This document shows, piece after piece, positions 8,038 to 16,799 of a DNA stretch of 39,959 nucleotides. The notes below the pieces were generated by a model that worked only from the letters and a program-made list of their open reading frames with translations, searched no databases and was not told the DNA's origin. Made by a program: the position numbers and the translations under genes. This stretch comes from a virus. Positions within the stretch are counted from its first letter, which is position 1; each line of letters starts with the position of its first letter. The DNA is taken from the IMG/VR virus record IMGVR_UViG_3300026235_000001, positions 1 through 39,959 of that record; one strand, 5' to 3'.

Positions 8038-8744
8038 GCAAAAACTACAAATATTCAGGACTAACACCAGAATTACATCAACGGCTGGTCAGTGAACATG
8101 AAGCGCTGAAAAAAGCACACAAAAAAGGCTCCTATAAGCAGTTTTTTCAAGATGTGAAACAGTGCGATGAGTTACAAGCTCGCATCATTTATCAAGCATT
8201 TAATAGTGCAGTCATGGAGCGTCAGAGAATCTCACCTCGAACAGTTGATAGACTAGAAGGCATCATTTCTGATGAACTGTTCAACGACCTTCAAGATTAT
8301 CTGTCTACGCACTATACAAGGGGTAAAACCACACGCCCATTGTTGGATAAAACCAACGCAGGACTGCCAGAAGGACTGTTTAAACGGTTCAAAGAGGAAG
8401 TGGAAGAACTACGCAAGGGGCACCCTAACAATCTAAATAGCTATATTAGAGAGGTTAAAGGGTGCGACCAAAAGCAAGCTAACAATACCCAAAGCGCCCT
8501 CAATAGTTGCTATTCAGAAAAAGCTGCACTAACGCCTTTGAAGGCTATTCAAATGGAAGGGCTACTTTCAAGAGGGCTATTCAGCGAAATCATTGATTAC
8601 GTTTTCAATAACTACGAGTGGTCTGAAAGGTTGAACGATGAAGTTGAACGCATTATTCTTAAATATCGGACTAGGGGCAAAGTTGGACGTAATAAAATAA
8701 CTGTAAGAAAAGCCTTATATAAAGCCTATGCGCTAGGCGTGTAG
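8034..8744 (+). CDS. Hypothetical protein with an internal two-fold duplication
   Basis: aa 8-95 and 108-195 align (GL.PEL..R..E.E.L.K.H...VK.CD..QA...A.NS...EG..S..LF....DY). It is the last early ORF. Confidence 0.55.
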   Translation: MSKNYKYSGLTPELHQRLVSEHEALKKAHKKGSYKQFFQDVKQCDELQARIIYQAFNSAVMERQRISPRTVDRLEGIISDELFNDLQDYLSTHYTRGKTTRPLLDKTNAGLPEGLFKRFKEEVEELRKGHPNNLNSYIREVKGCDQKQANNTQSALNSCYSEKAALTPLKAIQMEGLLSRGLFSEIIDYVFNNYEWSERLNDEVERIILKYRTRGKVGRNKITVRKALYKAYALGV

Positions 8745-8916
8745 CTAGAACGGTTTACGAGGGTTCGACTCCCTTGCTAGCTATTACCAGTCAATCTATA
8801 TACGGAAAAGAGGAATCCTTTTGTATTTTTTCATTCAAATCAGCGGAAGCGTGACTGGTCGTGGATGCACCAAAATCCAGTAAATTTAAATATAGAAAAG
8901 AGGAATCTCCTTTTTT
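8744..8916 (+). ncRNA. Structured element, unit 1: tRNA-like acceptor/T-arm minihelix + 8-bp long-range helix + hairpins + T-run
   Basis: Acceptor-like stem gctag 8744-8748/ctagc 8777-8781. T-arm gaggg-TTCGACT-ccctt 8759-8775. Long-range helix accagtca 8786-8793/tgactggt 8852-8859. Hairpin aaaagagga-atc-tcctttttt 8896-8916. Confidence 0.55.
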
Positions 8917-9085
8917 ACACTTTATGACAAATCTAAAGCGTATTACTGGTGGCGTGATTATTCAAGGCTTTATGCCTGCAAACTTAATTAGATATAGGTC
9001 AGAAATCTCCATAATTCACCGACTTAATTCTTGTATTATTTCAAAAAAAGGAGGAAAACCTCCAAAATGATTTCACTATATCTAG

Positions 9086-9270
9086 GCTGGAGTGGTTACT
9101 CAAGGGGTTCGATTCCTCTTGCCAGCTATTGTCTGTCAAAACACTAAAAATAAAATGGATATAGGTTTTTAGTGGCTTGGACACTTTTTCGACACCGGGC
9201 AAGCTGACAGACCTTGTCCAACAAAACCCAGCAAATTTAAGAAAAAAGGATGTGAAAAAGCCTCTTTCTT
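9086..9270 (+). ncRNA. Structured element, unit 2 (diverged paralog of unit 1)
   Basis: Acceptor-like stem gctgg 9086-9090/ccagc 9122-9126. T-arm agggg-TTCGATT-cctct 9103-9119. Long-range helix gtctgtca 9131-9138/tgacagac 9205-9212. Inner hairpins 9142-9150/9166-9174 and 9175-9179/9200-9204. All helix differences from unit 1 are compensatory. Confidence 0.55.
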
Positions 9271-9471
9271 ATTGATATCTTGCATTACAAAAAAAGCCAA
9301 AGATCTTGCTGGTGTCTTGGCTAGAAAGGAGGTGATAAAAGGCCCAAGAACAAATACATCAATCTTTTCATAAATCTCTTAATGTTTCTAGGGCTAAAAT
9401 AAAAAAGACCGACACAATGGCCGGCACTCTTTGAACACGATACAACTATTATATCACACAAGAGGGGTGTC

Positions 9472-9921
9472 ATGGCAAGTATCAATCTATTTGCGGAAGT
9501 AGATAAAACCGCAACTAAAAAGAAAGCTATAAAGGTGCTAAGAAGGTATCGCATGCTAACACGGATAGCGGGCTTGGAATACGCCCCTAAAGTGACAGCT
9601 TCGTTCTCGTTAGAACCCAAGTCATTCGACGGCATGGTCCACAGTCAAACCGAAAGCATGGTAACACGCAAGGTGGCCGCTGAACAAGACTTACAAGCTA
9701 TCGTTAGAGCTATCAACGCATTATCAGATAGGCATTACAGCCAAATTTTGATAGAGTGTTATTGCAGAAATCGCAAGCAGTACAACATTGAAGTCTATAT
9801 GGACCTTGGATATTCTGAAAGCGAATACTACCGAATGAGAGAATTAGCCATTTTAGAGTTTGCCGAGAACTACAGAAGCGGTGAATGTCTGGTATTTTCA
9901 GGAGATTATTGCGAAGAATAA
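9472..9921 (+). CDS. ArpU-family late transcriptional regulator
   Basis: N-terminus LFAEVDKTATKKKAIKVLRRYRMLTRIAG and C-terminal YSESEYYRMRELAILEFAENY; positioned directly upstream of terS. Confidence 0.7.
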   Translation: MASINLFAEVDKTATKKKAIKVLRRYRMLTRIAGLEYAPKVTASFSLEPKSFDGMVHSQTESMVTRKVAAEQDLQAIVRAINALSDRHYSQILIECYCRNRKQYNIEVYMDLGYSESEYYRMRELAILEFAENYRSGECLVFSGDYCEE

Positions 9922-9975
9922 GCGAGAACATAGCGGTATAACAGCGATATAATATTAGTATTGATAATTATAGCT

Positions 9976-10005
9976 AGACAGCTCATTTTGTGGGTTGTCT
10001 TTTTT
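9976..10005 (+). terminator. Hairpin + T-run between the ArpU-like gene and terS
   Basis: Stem agacagc 9976-9982 / gttgtct 9994-10000 (one G-U), then tttttt. A TATAAT box lies at 9948-9953 upstream. Confidence 0.55.
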
Positions 10006-10040
10006 ATGCACAAAAATCTAGCAGTGAAGGAGGTGGACAT

Positions 10041-10529
10041 ATTGGGCTAAATCAACGACAGAAGCTATTTGCTAGCGAGTATATCAAGCTAGGTAACGCC
10101 ACGCAGGCAGCCATCAATGCTGGATATAGCGAAAAGACTGCAGGGCGTATCGCTGGACAAAACTTGAAAAAACTTGAAATTAAACGCTTTATCCAAGCCG
10201 AAGTTGAGAAAATGCACGATGAGAATATCATGGATGCAAAAGAAGCCTTGTCCATCCTATCCGACATTGCTAGAGGGAAACGAGACGAAGAAGTCTTGAT
10301 GATGAATCCATTGACTGGTGAAGTTGAAAGGCTTATGAAGAAGGCTGACAACAATACAGTTATCAAGGCAATTGTTGAAATCTTGAAACGTTATCCAACG
10401 GCTAAACAGTCCGAGAAATTGGAGCTTGAGATCAGAAAGCTAAGAGAGCAGCTTGACAGTGGTGTCGAAGGGACTATGAACGTCAACATCATCAACGCTT
10501 GGGAGGACATCCCAGATGGCGACGATTGA
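10041..10529 (+). CDS. terS: Terminase small subunit (probable ATT start; the alternative GTG 9990 lies inside the terminator hairpin)
   Basis: LNQRQKLFASEYIKLGNATQAAINAGYSEKTA is a Terminase_2-type HTH N-terminus. SD aaggagg 10027-10033 lies 7 nt before ATT 10041. No in-frame ATG, GTG or TTG occurs between the terminator and the conserved domain. Confidence 0.75.
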   Translation: MGLNQRQKLFASEYIKLGNATQAAINAGYSEKTAGRIAGQNLKKLEIKRFIQAEVEKMHDENIMDAKEALSILSDIARGKRDEEVLMMNPLTGEVERLMKKADNNTVIKAIVEILKRYPTAKQSEKLELEIRKLREQLDSGVEGTMNVNIINAWEDIPDGDD

Positions 10530-11820
10530 CATTCAGAAAAACGTTAACCCACACTTCAAAACGGTTTGGCAGTCTCAAAAGCCTTATAACGTGCTTAAGG
10601 GTGGACGGAACTCTTTCAAGTCCTCAGTTATCGTGTTGAAGCTTGTCTATATGATGATTAAGTACATCATGAAAGGCGAGAAAGCGAATATAGTTGTTAT
10701 TCGTAAGGTAGCTAATACAATCCGTGACAGCGTGTTTAATAAGGTCCAATGGGCAATCAGTCTATTTGGTCTAGACAATCAGTTTAGAGCCACTGTAAGC
10801 CCGTTTAAGATTATTCACAAGCGTACTGGTTCGACATTCTATTTTTACGGACAAGACGACTTCCAGAAACTGAAATCAAACGACATCGGGAACATTATCG
10901 CTGTTTGGTACGAGGAAGCGGCTGAGTTTAACGACGCTGAAGACTTCGACCAGTCTAATGTCACTTTCATGCGTCAGAAACATGAGAAAGCCCCGTTTGT
11001 GCAGTTCTTCTGGTCTTACAACCCACCTAGAAATCCATATAGTTGGATAAACGAATGGTTCGAGGGCATCAAGACTAACGACAACTATCTAGCACACTCA
11101 AGCACTTATCTTGATGATGAATTAGGCTTTGTGACTGAACAAATGCTGGAAGATATCGAACGCATTAAGCAGAATGACTATGATTATTACCGCTACTTGT
11201 ATTTAGGTGAGGCGGTTGGTCTTGGTAATCAGGTCTATAACATGAGTACATTCCACGCTATCGATAGTTTACCAACAGACGATAGACTTATCGGGATATC
11301 ATTTGCAATGGATACAGGACACCAACAATCAGCGACTGCATGCGGTGCTTATGGTCTGACTGCAAAGGGCAATGTGATTCTGTTAGACACGTTCTATTAC
11401 AGCCCCGCTGGTCAAGTGATTAAGAAGGCACCGAGTGAATTGACTGTCATGGTTAGTAATTTCATCGACAAGGTACTCAAACAGTACCGAGTGCCAAAAC
11501 TACGCATGACCATTGATAGTGCTGAAGGTGCTTTGAGAAACCAATACTTCAAAGACTTTGGTGAGCGATGGCATCCGGTAGCTAAGAAGAAGAATCAGAC
11601 CATGATAGACATGGTTATCAGTCTGTTAGCTGAAGGGCGTTTCTATTATCTGGATATACCAGCTAACAAGATATTCTACGAAGAGCACAAGATGTATCGA
11701 TACGATGAAAAGACGATACATTCTGATGATCCAAAAGTTATCAAAGAGGATGACCACACAGTCGATGAATTCAAATATTTCGTTTTAGATAATGCTAGAG
11801 ACCTCGGTCTTAAAGCATAG
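10516..11820 (+). CDS. terL: Terminase large subunit
   Basis: 434 aa with a Walker-A-like LKGGRNSFKSS motif and a PBSX-type terminase layout. It follows terS and precedes the portal gene. Confidence 0.85.
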   Translation: MATIDIQKNVNPHFKTVWQSQKPYNVLKGGRNSFKSSVIVLKLVYMMIKYIMKGEKANIVVIRKVANTIRDSVFNKVQWAISLFGLDNQFRATVSPFKIIHKRTGSTFYFYGQDDFQKLKSNDIGNIIAVWYEEAAEFNDAEDFDQSNVTFMRQKHEKAPFVQFFWSYNPPRNPYSWINEWFEGIKTNDNYLAHSSTYLDDELGFVTEQMLEDIERIKQNDYDYYRYLYLGEAVGLGNQVYNMSTFHAIDSLPTDDRLIGISFAMDTGHQQSATACGAYGLTAKGNVILLDTFYYSPAGQVIKKAPSELTVMVSNFIDKVLKQYRVPKLRMTIDSAEGALRNQYFKDFGERWHPVAKKKNQTMIDMVISLLAEGRFYYLDIPANKIFYEEHKMYRYDEKTIHSDDPKVIKEDDHTVDEFKYFVLDNARDLGLKA

Positions 11821-11832
11821 GAGAGAAAAAGA

Positions 11833-13341
11833 ATGGGTATTATACAGACCATTAAGGACTTTTTTAAAAGGAGTAATTATGTGATGACTAATCAAAGTCT
11901 AAACAGTATCACCGACCACCCTAAAATCGCTATATCACCAGAAGAATACAGCCGTATCATGGACAATCTGCGCTATTTTGCGGGTAGTTTTGACCGTGTG
12001 AGCTATCGAGATAGTAACGGGACATATTTGAAACGTGACTTCAATCACTTGCCTATTGGACGTACTGCATCGAAGAAGGTTGCCAGTCTCGTTTTCAATG
12101 AGCAGGCTAAGATTCAAGTCGATAACGAAACGGCTGACACTTTCATCAATGAGACACTTAAGACTGACAGATTTAGCAAGAACTTTGAACGCTACCTAGA
12201 GTCATGTCTGGCCCTCGGTGGTCTTGCAATGCGTCCATACGTTGATGAAGACCGTGTAAGGGTGTCGTTTGTACAAGCACCAGTATTCTTGCCACTGCAG
12301 TCAAATACTCAAGACGTATCAAGCGCTGCAATCGTGACTAAAACACTCAAAACAGAAGGTCAGAAAGTAAAATACTACAGTCTTATCGAATTTCATGAGT
12401 GGAGCAAAGAGACTTACACAATCAGCAATGAGCTATACGAGTCTGAATCTAAAACTCGTATCGGTCAACGTGTACCTTTATCAATGCTCTATGAGGATTT
12501 AGAGGAAACTGTAACGTTAAACGGACTTACAAGACCGTTATTTACGTACCTAAAACCTCCAGGAATGAACAACAAGGACATTAACAGTCCTTTGGGATTA
12601 TCTATTTTTGACAATGCCAAGACTACGATGGATTTCATTAATACGACTTACGACGAATTTATGTGGGAAGTCAAAATGGGTCAGCGTAGGGTTGCAGTAC
12701 CTACTCAAATGATTAAGACTGAGTACGATACAAGCGGTGAGAAGGTCACAGTCAAACGTGAGTTTGAAACTGGTCACAATGTCTATGAACAGTTTGACAG
12801 CGGGGATATGGATAAAGGCATTGGCATTACTGACCTTACCACTGATATCCGTTCGGATGACTACATCAAAGCTATCAATAAAGGATTGAGCTTATTTGAA
12901 ATGCAGTTAGGTGTGTCCGCTGGTATGTTTAGCTTCGATGGCAAGAGCATGAAGACCGCTACTGAAGTAGTATCAGAGCAATCAGACACGTATCAAATGC
13001 GGAACTCTATTGCTACTCTAGTAGAGCAATCATTGAAAGAACTTGTAATCTCAATCCTAGAGCTTGCCAAGGTCTACAATCTCTACACTGGTGAGATTCC
13101 AACGATAGATGAAATTAGCGTGGATTTGGACGATGGCGTATTCACTGATCGTAACGCTGAGTTTGATTACTGGGCTAAGATGGTAGCGTCTGGATTCGCA
13201 CCGAAAGTTATGGCTATCGAGAAAACTCTCAACGTGACTGAAGAACAAGCACAAGAGATTTACCAAGCAATCAATGATGAAACCATGGTAAGCGCTGATA
13301 GTTTTAGGACAAGTGAAGAGGTCGATATCTACGGGGAGTGA
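11833..13341 (+). CDS. Portal protein (SPP1 gp6-like)
   Basis: 502 aa, located immediately after terL. Confidence 0.8.
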   Translation: MGIIQTIKDFFKRSNYVMTNQSLNSITDHPKIAISPEEYSRIMDNLRYFAGSFDRVSYRDSNGTYLKRDFNHLPIGRTASKKVASLVFNEQAKIQVDNETADTFINETLKTDRFSKNFERYLESCLALGGLAMRPYVDEDRVRVSFVQAPVFLPLQSNTQDVSSAAIVTKTLKTEGQKVKYYSLIEFHEWSKETYTISNELYESESKTRIGQRVPLSMLYEDLEETVTLNGLTRPLFTYLKPPGMNNKDINSPLGLSIFDNAKTTMDFINTTYDEFMWEVKMGQRRVAVPTQMIKTEYDTSGEKVTVKREFETGHNVYEQFDSGDMDKGIGITDLTTDIRSDDYIKAINKGLSLFEMQLGVSAGMFSFDGKSMKTATEVVSEQSDTYQMRNSIATLVEQSLKELVISILELAKVYNLYTGEIPTIDEISVDLDDGVFTDRNAEFDYWAKMVASGFAPKVMAIEKTLNVTEEQAQEIYQAINDETMVSADSFRTSEEVDIYGE

Positions 13342-13347
13342 TAGGCT

Positions 13348-14538
13348 ATGGCTAAGAAAAAGCGTATCAAACTAAACGACCAGCAACTAATGTTGATGGC
13401 CGATAATGTTTCAGACATCTACCGACAACTATGTAACGACCTGTTCGATAATGTGGTTGAGAGACTACATGACCGTGGGACTTATTACCTTGACCAACAG
13501 CCTTATCTCTGGCAATTAGAGAAAATGGCTGATGTCGGTATGTTGAACAATCACAATATCAAACTCATTGCTGAGTATTCTGGGATTGCTGAAAAGCAAA
13601 TCAGATACATCATTGAAAACGAGGGTTATCAAGTCTATAAAGACACTCATGCTCAGTTAAATTCTAACGCTTATAATTATCAAGTCATGAAAGACCTTAT
13701 TAGCTACTCTAACCAAGCTATTCATGATGTCCATAATCTTATCAATACGACACTGCCAAAGAGCGTGCAAGCTACTTACAAGGACATTATCGAGACTACC
13801 GTAGCAAAGGTAATAACTGGTATGGCTACACCTCAGAAAGCCCTTGACGAAACGATAATGAAGTTTCAAGAGCGAGGTTTCTATGGCTATACTGACAGAG
13901 CAGGACGAAGGCAGAGAGCTGATGCTTACGCTAGGACGGTCATCAAGACTACTGCTAGACGTACATTTAATGAAATGCGAATGCGACCAGCTCAAGAGTT
14001 GGGGATTGATACATTCTATTATTCCATCAAGGCAGCAGCAAGAGAAATGTGTGCGCCGCTACAAAATCAGATAGTTACCACAGGTCAAGCTAGGACTGAA
14101 GAAGGTGTTAAAATCTTCGCTCTTGATGATTATGGCTATGGTAAGCCCGGAGGATGTCAAGGTGTAAACTGTGGGCACACCATGACACCGTTTATCCCAG
14201 GGGTCAATTACATGCCAGACATTGATGATGATTTGAAAGGCTTAACTGAAGAACAAGCTATCGAGAATGCTAATGCTCAGAGCAAACAGCGAGCAATGGA
14301 AAGGGCTATTAGAAGCTCGAAAGAACGTCTCCACGTTGCTGAAGCCATGCACAATGACGAATTGACTGCTAAATACAAAACAAGGCTTACAGAACAAAAG
14401 AGAGCCTTGAAATCGTATATTGATAAGTATCCGTTCTTGTATCGAGATAGAGAGCGTGAGAAATACCACGATGACCCACTGGCTAAGACTCGTGAAGCCA
14501 TTAGACAAAGGGATATTTTGGCAAAAAAACACGCTTAA
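13348..14538 (+). CDS. Minor head / head morphogenesis protein (SPP1 gp7-like)
   Basis: 396 aa, located after the portal gene; Cys-rich GGCQGVNCGHTMTPF motif and a basic C-terminus. Confidence 0.65.
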   Translation: MAKKKRIKLNDQQLMLMADNVSDIYRQLCNDLFDNVVERLHDRGTYYLDQQPYLWQLEKMADVGMLNNHNIKLIAEYSGIAEKQIRYIIENEGYQVYKDTHAQLNSNAYNYQVMKDLISYSNQAIHDVHNLINTTLPKSVQATYKDIIETTVAKVITGMATPQKALDETIMKFQERGFYGYTDRAGRRQRADAYARTVIKTTARRTFNEMRMRPAQELGIDTFYYSIKAAAREMCAPLQNQIVTTGQARTEEGVKIFALDDYGYGKPGGCQGVNCGHTMTPFIPGVNYMPDIDDDLKGLTEEQAIENANAQSKQRAMERAIRSSKERLHVAEAMHNDELTAKYKTRLTEQKRALKSYIDKYPFLYRDREREKYHDDPLAKTREAIRQRDILAKKHA

Positions 14539-14635
14539 AAAGGGTAAACTAGTATTATTAACAATACTGTGTATAGATAGGATTTACAGAAAGCTGGTGA
14601 TCCAAAATCTTGACTCGTAGGAACAGACTACTAAT

Positions 14636-14669
14636 AAAACCGCATCAAATTGATACGGTTTTTCTTTTT
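14636..14669 (+). terminator. Rho-independent terminator after the head-morphogenesis gene
   Basis: Stem aaaaccg 14636-14642 / cggtttt 14656-14662 with an inner 3 bp, then a T-rich run. Confidence 0.5.
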
Positions 14670-14736
14670 GACCTGTCGAACGTCGTAAAACTAGGCAAAT
14701 TCAGTCCACTGGACGTAAAACAAAGGAGTTTTAAAC

Positions 14737-15354
14737 ATGAGTTTGAAACGTGACATGTTAGTTGAAGCTGGTATCACAGACAAGGCAGTGATTGATTCCT
14801 TGATGAATGCGTACGGTTCTGGGATTGAGAATGCTAAAGCACAAGCTAAGTCTGAATTGCAAGCTGAAAACGACAGCCTTAAACAACAACTTGAGCAACA
14901 AAGCCAAGCTCTCAACGACTTGCAAGCCAAAGAGGGAGCGAGTGAGGAACTCAAACAACAATTGACAGACTTACAAGCTCAATTCGACACTTACAAGTCA
15001 GAGAACGAAGCTAACCTTGTCCGAGTTAACAAATCAAATGCTATTCGTTTGGCTTTGAAGGATGTGGATGCTCACAATTCGGATGACCTTGCTAAATTCA
15101 TCAACTTTGACGAAATCGAACTTGATGAAGCTGGTAAACCTAAATTGGATAAGGTCATCAAGGGGTTGAAAGAGACAAGCCCATATCTATTTAAGCAAGA
15201 CGAACAAGCAGCACAACCTAAAATCTTCGCTGGTGGCAATCCAACTGCTAGTCAGAACGGACTCACCAAAGAAGATTTCAAACGTATGGGTATCAATGAG
15301 CGTCAAGAACTCTTTGATAAAGACCCAGAACTATATCAACAACTGAAAGGATGA
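14737..15354 (+). CDS. Scaffolding protein
   Basis: 205 aa, acidic, coiled-coil rich (LQAENDSLKQQLEQQSQALNDLQ), directly upstream of the capsid gene. Confidence 0.7.
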   Translation: MSLKRDMLVEAGITDKAVIDSLMNAYGSGIENAKAQAKSELQAENDSLKQQLEQQSQALNDLQAKEGASEELKQQLTDLQAQFDTYKSENEANLVRVNKSNAIRLALKDVDAHNSDDLAKFINFDEIELDEAGKPKLDKVIKGLKETSPYLFKQDEQAAQPKIFAGGNPTASQNGLTKEDFKRMGINERQELFDKDPELYQQLKG

Positions 15355-15362
15355 TTTAATCT

Positions 15363-16208
15363 ATGGTTCTTGGAACAACAACGACTGCTCAAGTCATTAA
15401 TCCACAGGTTATGGCTGACATGGTATCAGCTAAATTGCCTAAACTTATCAAATTCACGCCACTTGCAGTGGTGGAAACAACTCTCGTAGGTCGTCCGGGG
15501 GATGAACTTACAGTGCCACAATGGACTTACTCTGGTGATGCCACTGAAATCACTGAAGGCCAAGCTATTCCAATCGACCAACTCGGCACTAAAGAAACAA
15601 AAATGAAGATCAAGCAAGCTGGTAAAGCTATCGAAATCACAGATAAAGCTGCTTTGGTCGGACATGGCAATGTCTATGGTGAAGCTACTAATCAGATTGC
15701 TTTGGCTATCGCTAACAAAGTCGATAACGACATCGTTGAAGTTGCTAAAACTGCGACTCAAAACATCACTGAAGCTCCCGTTTCAGTAGCTAACATTGAC
15801 AAAGCCTTGGAAATCTTCGCAGACGAAGAAGACGCTCGCTATGTTGCCCTTACCAATCCAAAAGACGCCATCAAATTGCGTGCTGACGCTGGTCAAAACT
15901 GGTTGAAAGGTTCAGAAGTTGGTGCTGACGTTGTCGTTTCTGGCACATTTGGTGAAGTTGCTGGCGTGCAAATCGTACGCACTAAGAAAGTCGAAGAAGG
16001 AAAAGGTTTCCTTGTTAAAGTGTCTTCACTTCAAACAGACACAGACGACGATGCTAAATACGGAGCATTCGTGATCAACTTGAAACGTGATGTCATGATT
16101 GAAAATGACCGTGACATTTTGAAGAAAACCACTGTTTATTCTGGTGATGAATACTACGGTGTTTATCTCTACGATGACTCTAAGGTGGTTAAGTTCGGAG
16201 GTGCCTAA
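15363..16208 (+). CDS. Major capsid protein
   Basis: 281 aa, located between the scaffold and connector genes; strong codon bias. Confidence 0.75.
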   Translation: MVLGTTTTAQVINPQVMADMVSAKLPKLIKFTPLAVVETTLVGRPGDELTVPQWTYSGDATEITEGQAIPIDQLGTKETKMKIKQAGKAIEITDKAALVGHGNVYGEATNQIALAIANKVDNDIVEVAKTATQNITEAPVSVANIDKALEIFADEEDARYVALTNPKDAIKLRADAGQNWLKGSEVGADVVVSGTFGEVAGVQIVRTKKVEEGKGFLVKVSSLQTDTDDDAKYGAFVINLKRDVMIENDRDILKKTTVYSGDEYYGVYLYDDSKVVKFGGA

Positions 16209-16393
16209 TGGGTATGTTAATGCGTCGTCATTTGAACGACACTGAACCCACTCCCACTACTGAAACAGTAGAACAAGTGGCTGAAACACTAGAAGACAAG
16301 ACTGTCGCTGATTTGCGAGTTATCGCACAACAACGTGGTCTCACTGGCATTTCAACGCTGACTAAAGCGGAACTTGTAGACCTCCTAAAATGA
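16208..16393 (+). CDS. Small protein with a Rho-N/SAP-like motif
   Basis: KTVADLRVIAQQRGLTGISTLTKAELVDLLK; SD ggaggtg. Confidence 0.5.
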   Translation: MGMLMRRHLNDTEPTPTTETVEQVAETLEDKTVADLRVIAQQRGLTGISTLTKAELVDLLK

Positions 16394-16409
16394 TGAAGGA
16401 GGTGGTTAA

Positions 16410-16799
16410 ATGACATATTTAACCGAAACGGAATTTTTAAAACTTGGTTTTGAAGACGTAGAAGACTTTGAAACGCTAGCAGCTAGAGCTAGGCTCATTG
16501 TTGATTTGTATATCAAAAACTTCTACGATTTCACCGATTTTGAAACGGACTTCGAGCCACGTAGACAAGCGGTTAAGAAGGCAGTAGCTTATCAAATCGC
16601 TTATTTAGACTCAAGCGGTGTGATGACTGCTGAAGACAAGACTTCACTAGCGAGCATGACTGTCGGACGTACTCATGTAAGCTATCAGAACGCCTCTAAA
16701 TCGTCTAACGGTGGTCAGAGATACAATCTATCCCTTGACGCTCTAAACTGGCTGACATTGGCTGGATTTGGCTGTAAGGCGGTGGGCTATGATAGATAA
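16410..16799 (+). CDS. Head-tail connector protein (gp6-like)
   Basis: Position and size (129 aa). Confidence 0.55.
   Translation: MTYLTETEFLKLGFEDVEDFETLAARARLIVDLYIKNFYDFTDFETDFEPRRQAVKKAVAYQIAYLDSSGVMTAEDKTSLASMTVGRTHVSYQNASKSSNGGQRYNLSLDALNWLTLAGFGCKAVGYDR

Noticed and set aside
8744-8783. Possible tRNA genes at 8744-8783 and 9086-9128 (GGTTCGA-type T-loops)
   Set aside because: Only an acceptor-like stem and a T-arm are present. A 10-12 nt linker replaces the D arm, anticodon arm and variable region, and there is no CCA or anticodon. I treat them as tRNA-like minihelices, not tRNAs.
8861-9070. 69-aa plus-strand ORF (GTG start) in the ORF-free gap, and the 104-aa minus-strand ORF 9321-9635
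   Set aside because: Neither has an SD. Composition is odd. The first runs through predicted hairpins. The second is antisense to the well-supported ArpU-like gene.
9040-9325. A-run plus hairpin motifs (ggagg-aaaa-cctcc 9050-9063; agccaa..ttggct 9295-9322) as minus-strand terminators of hidden minus-strand genes
   Set aside because: No credible minus-strand ORF or promoter lies to their right. They may be parts of the plus-strand structured region, so they are not called as features.
9990-10040. GTG 9990 as the terS start
   Set aside because: It has no SD and lies inside the terminator hairpin loop. The encoded MGCLFYAQKSSSEGGGH leader is not TerS-like. I keep it only as an alternative.
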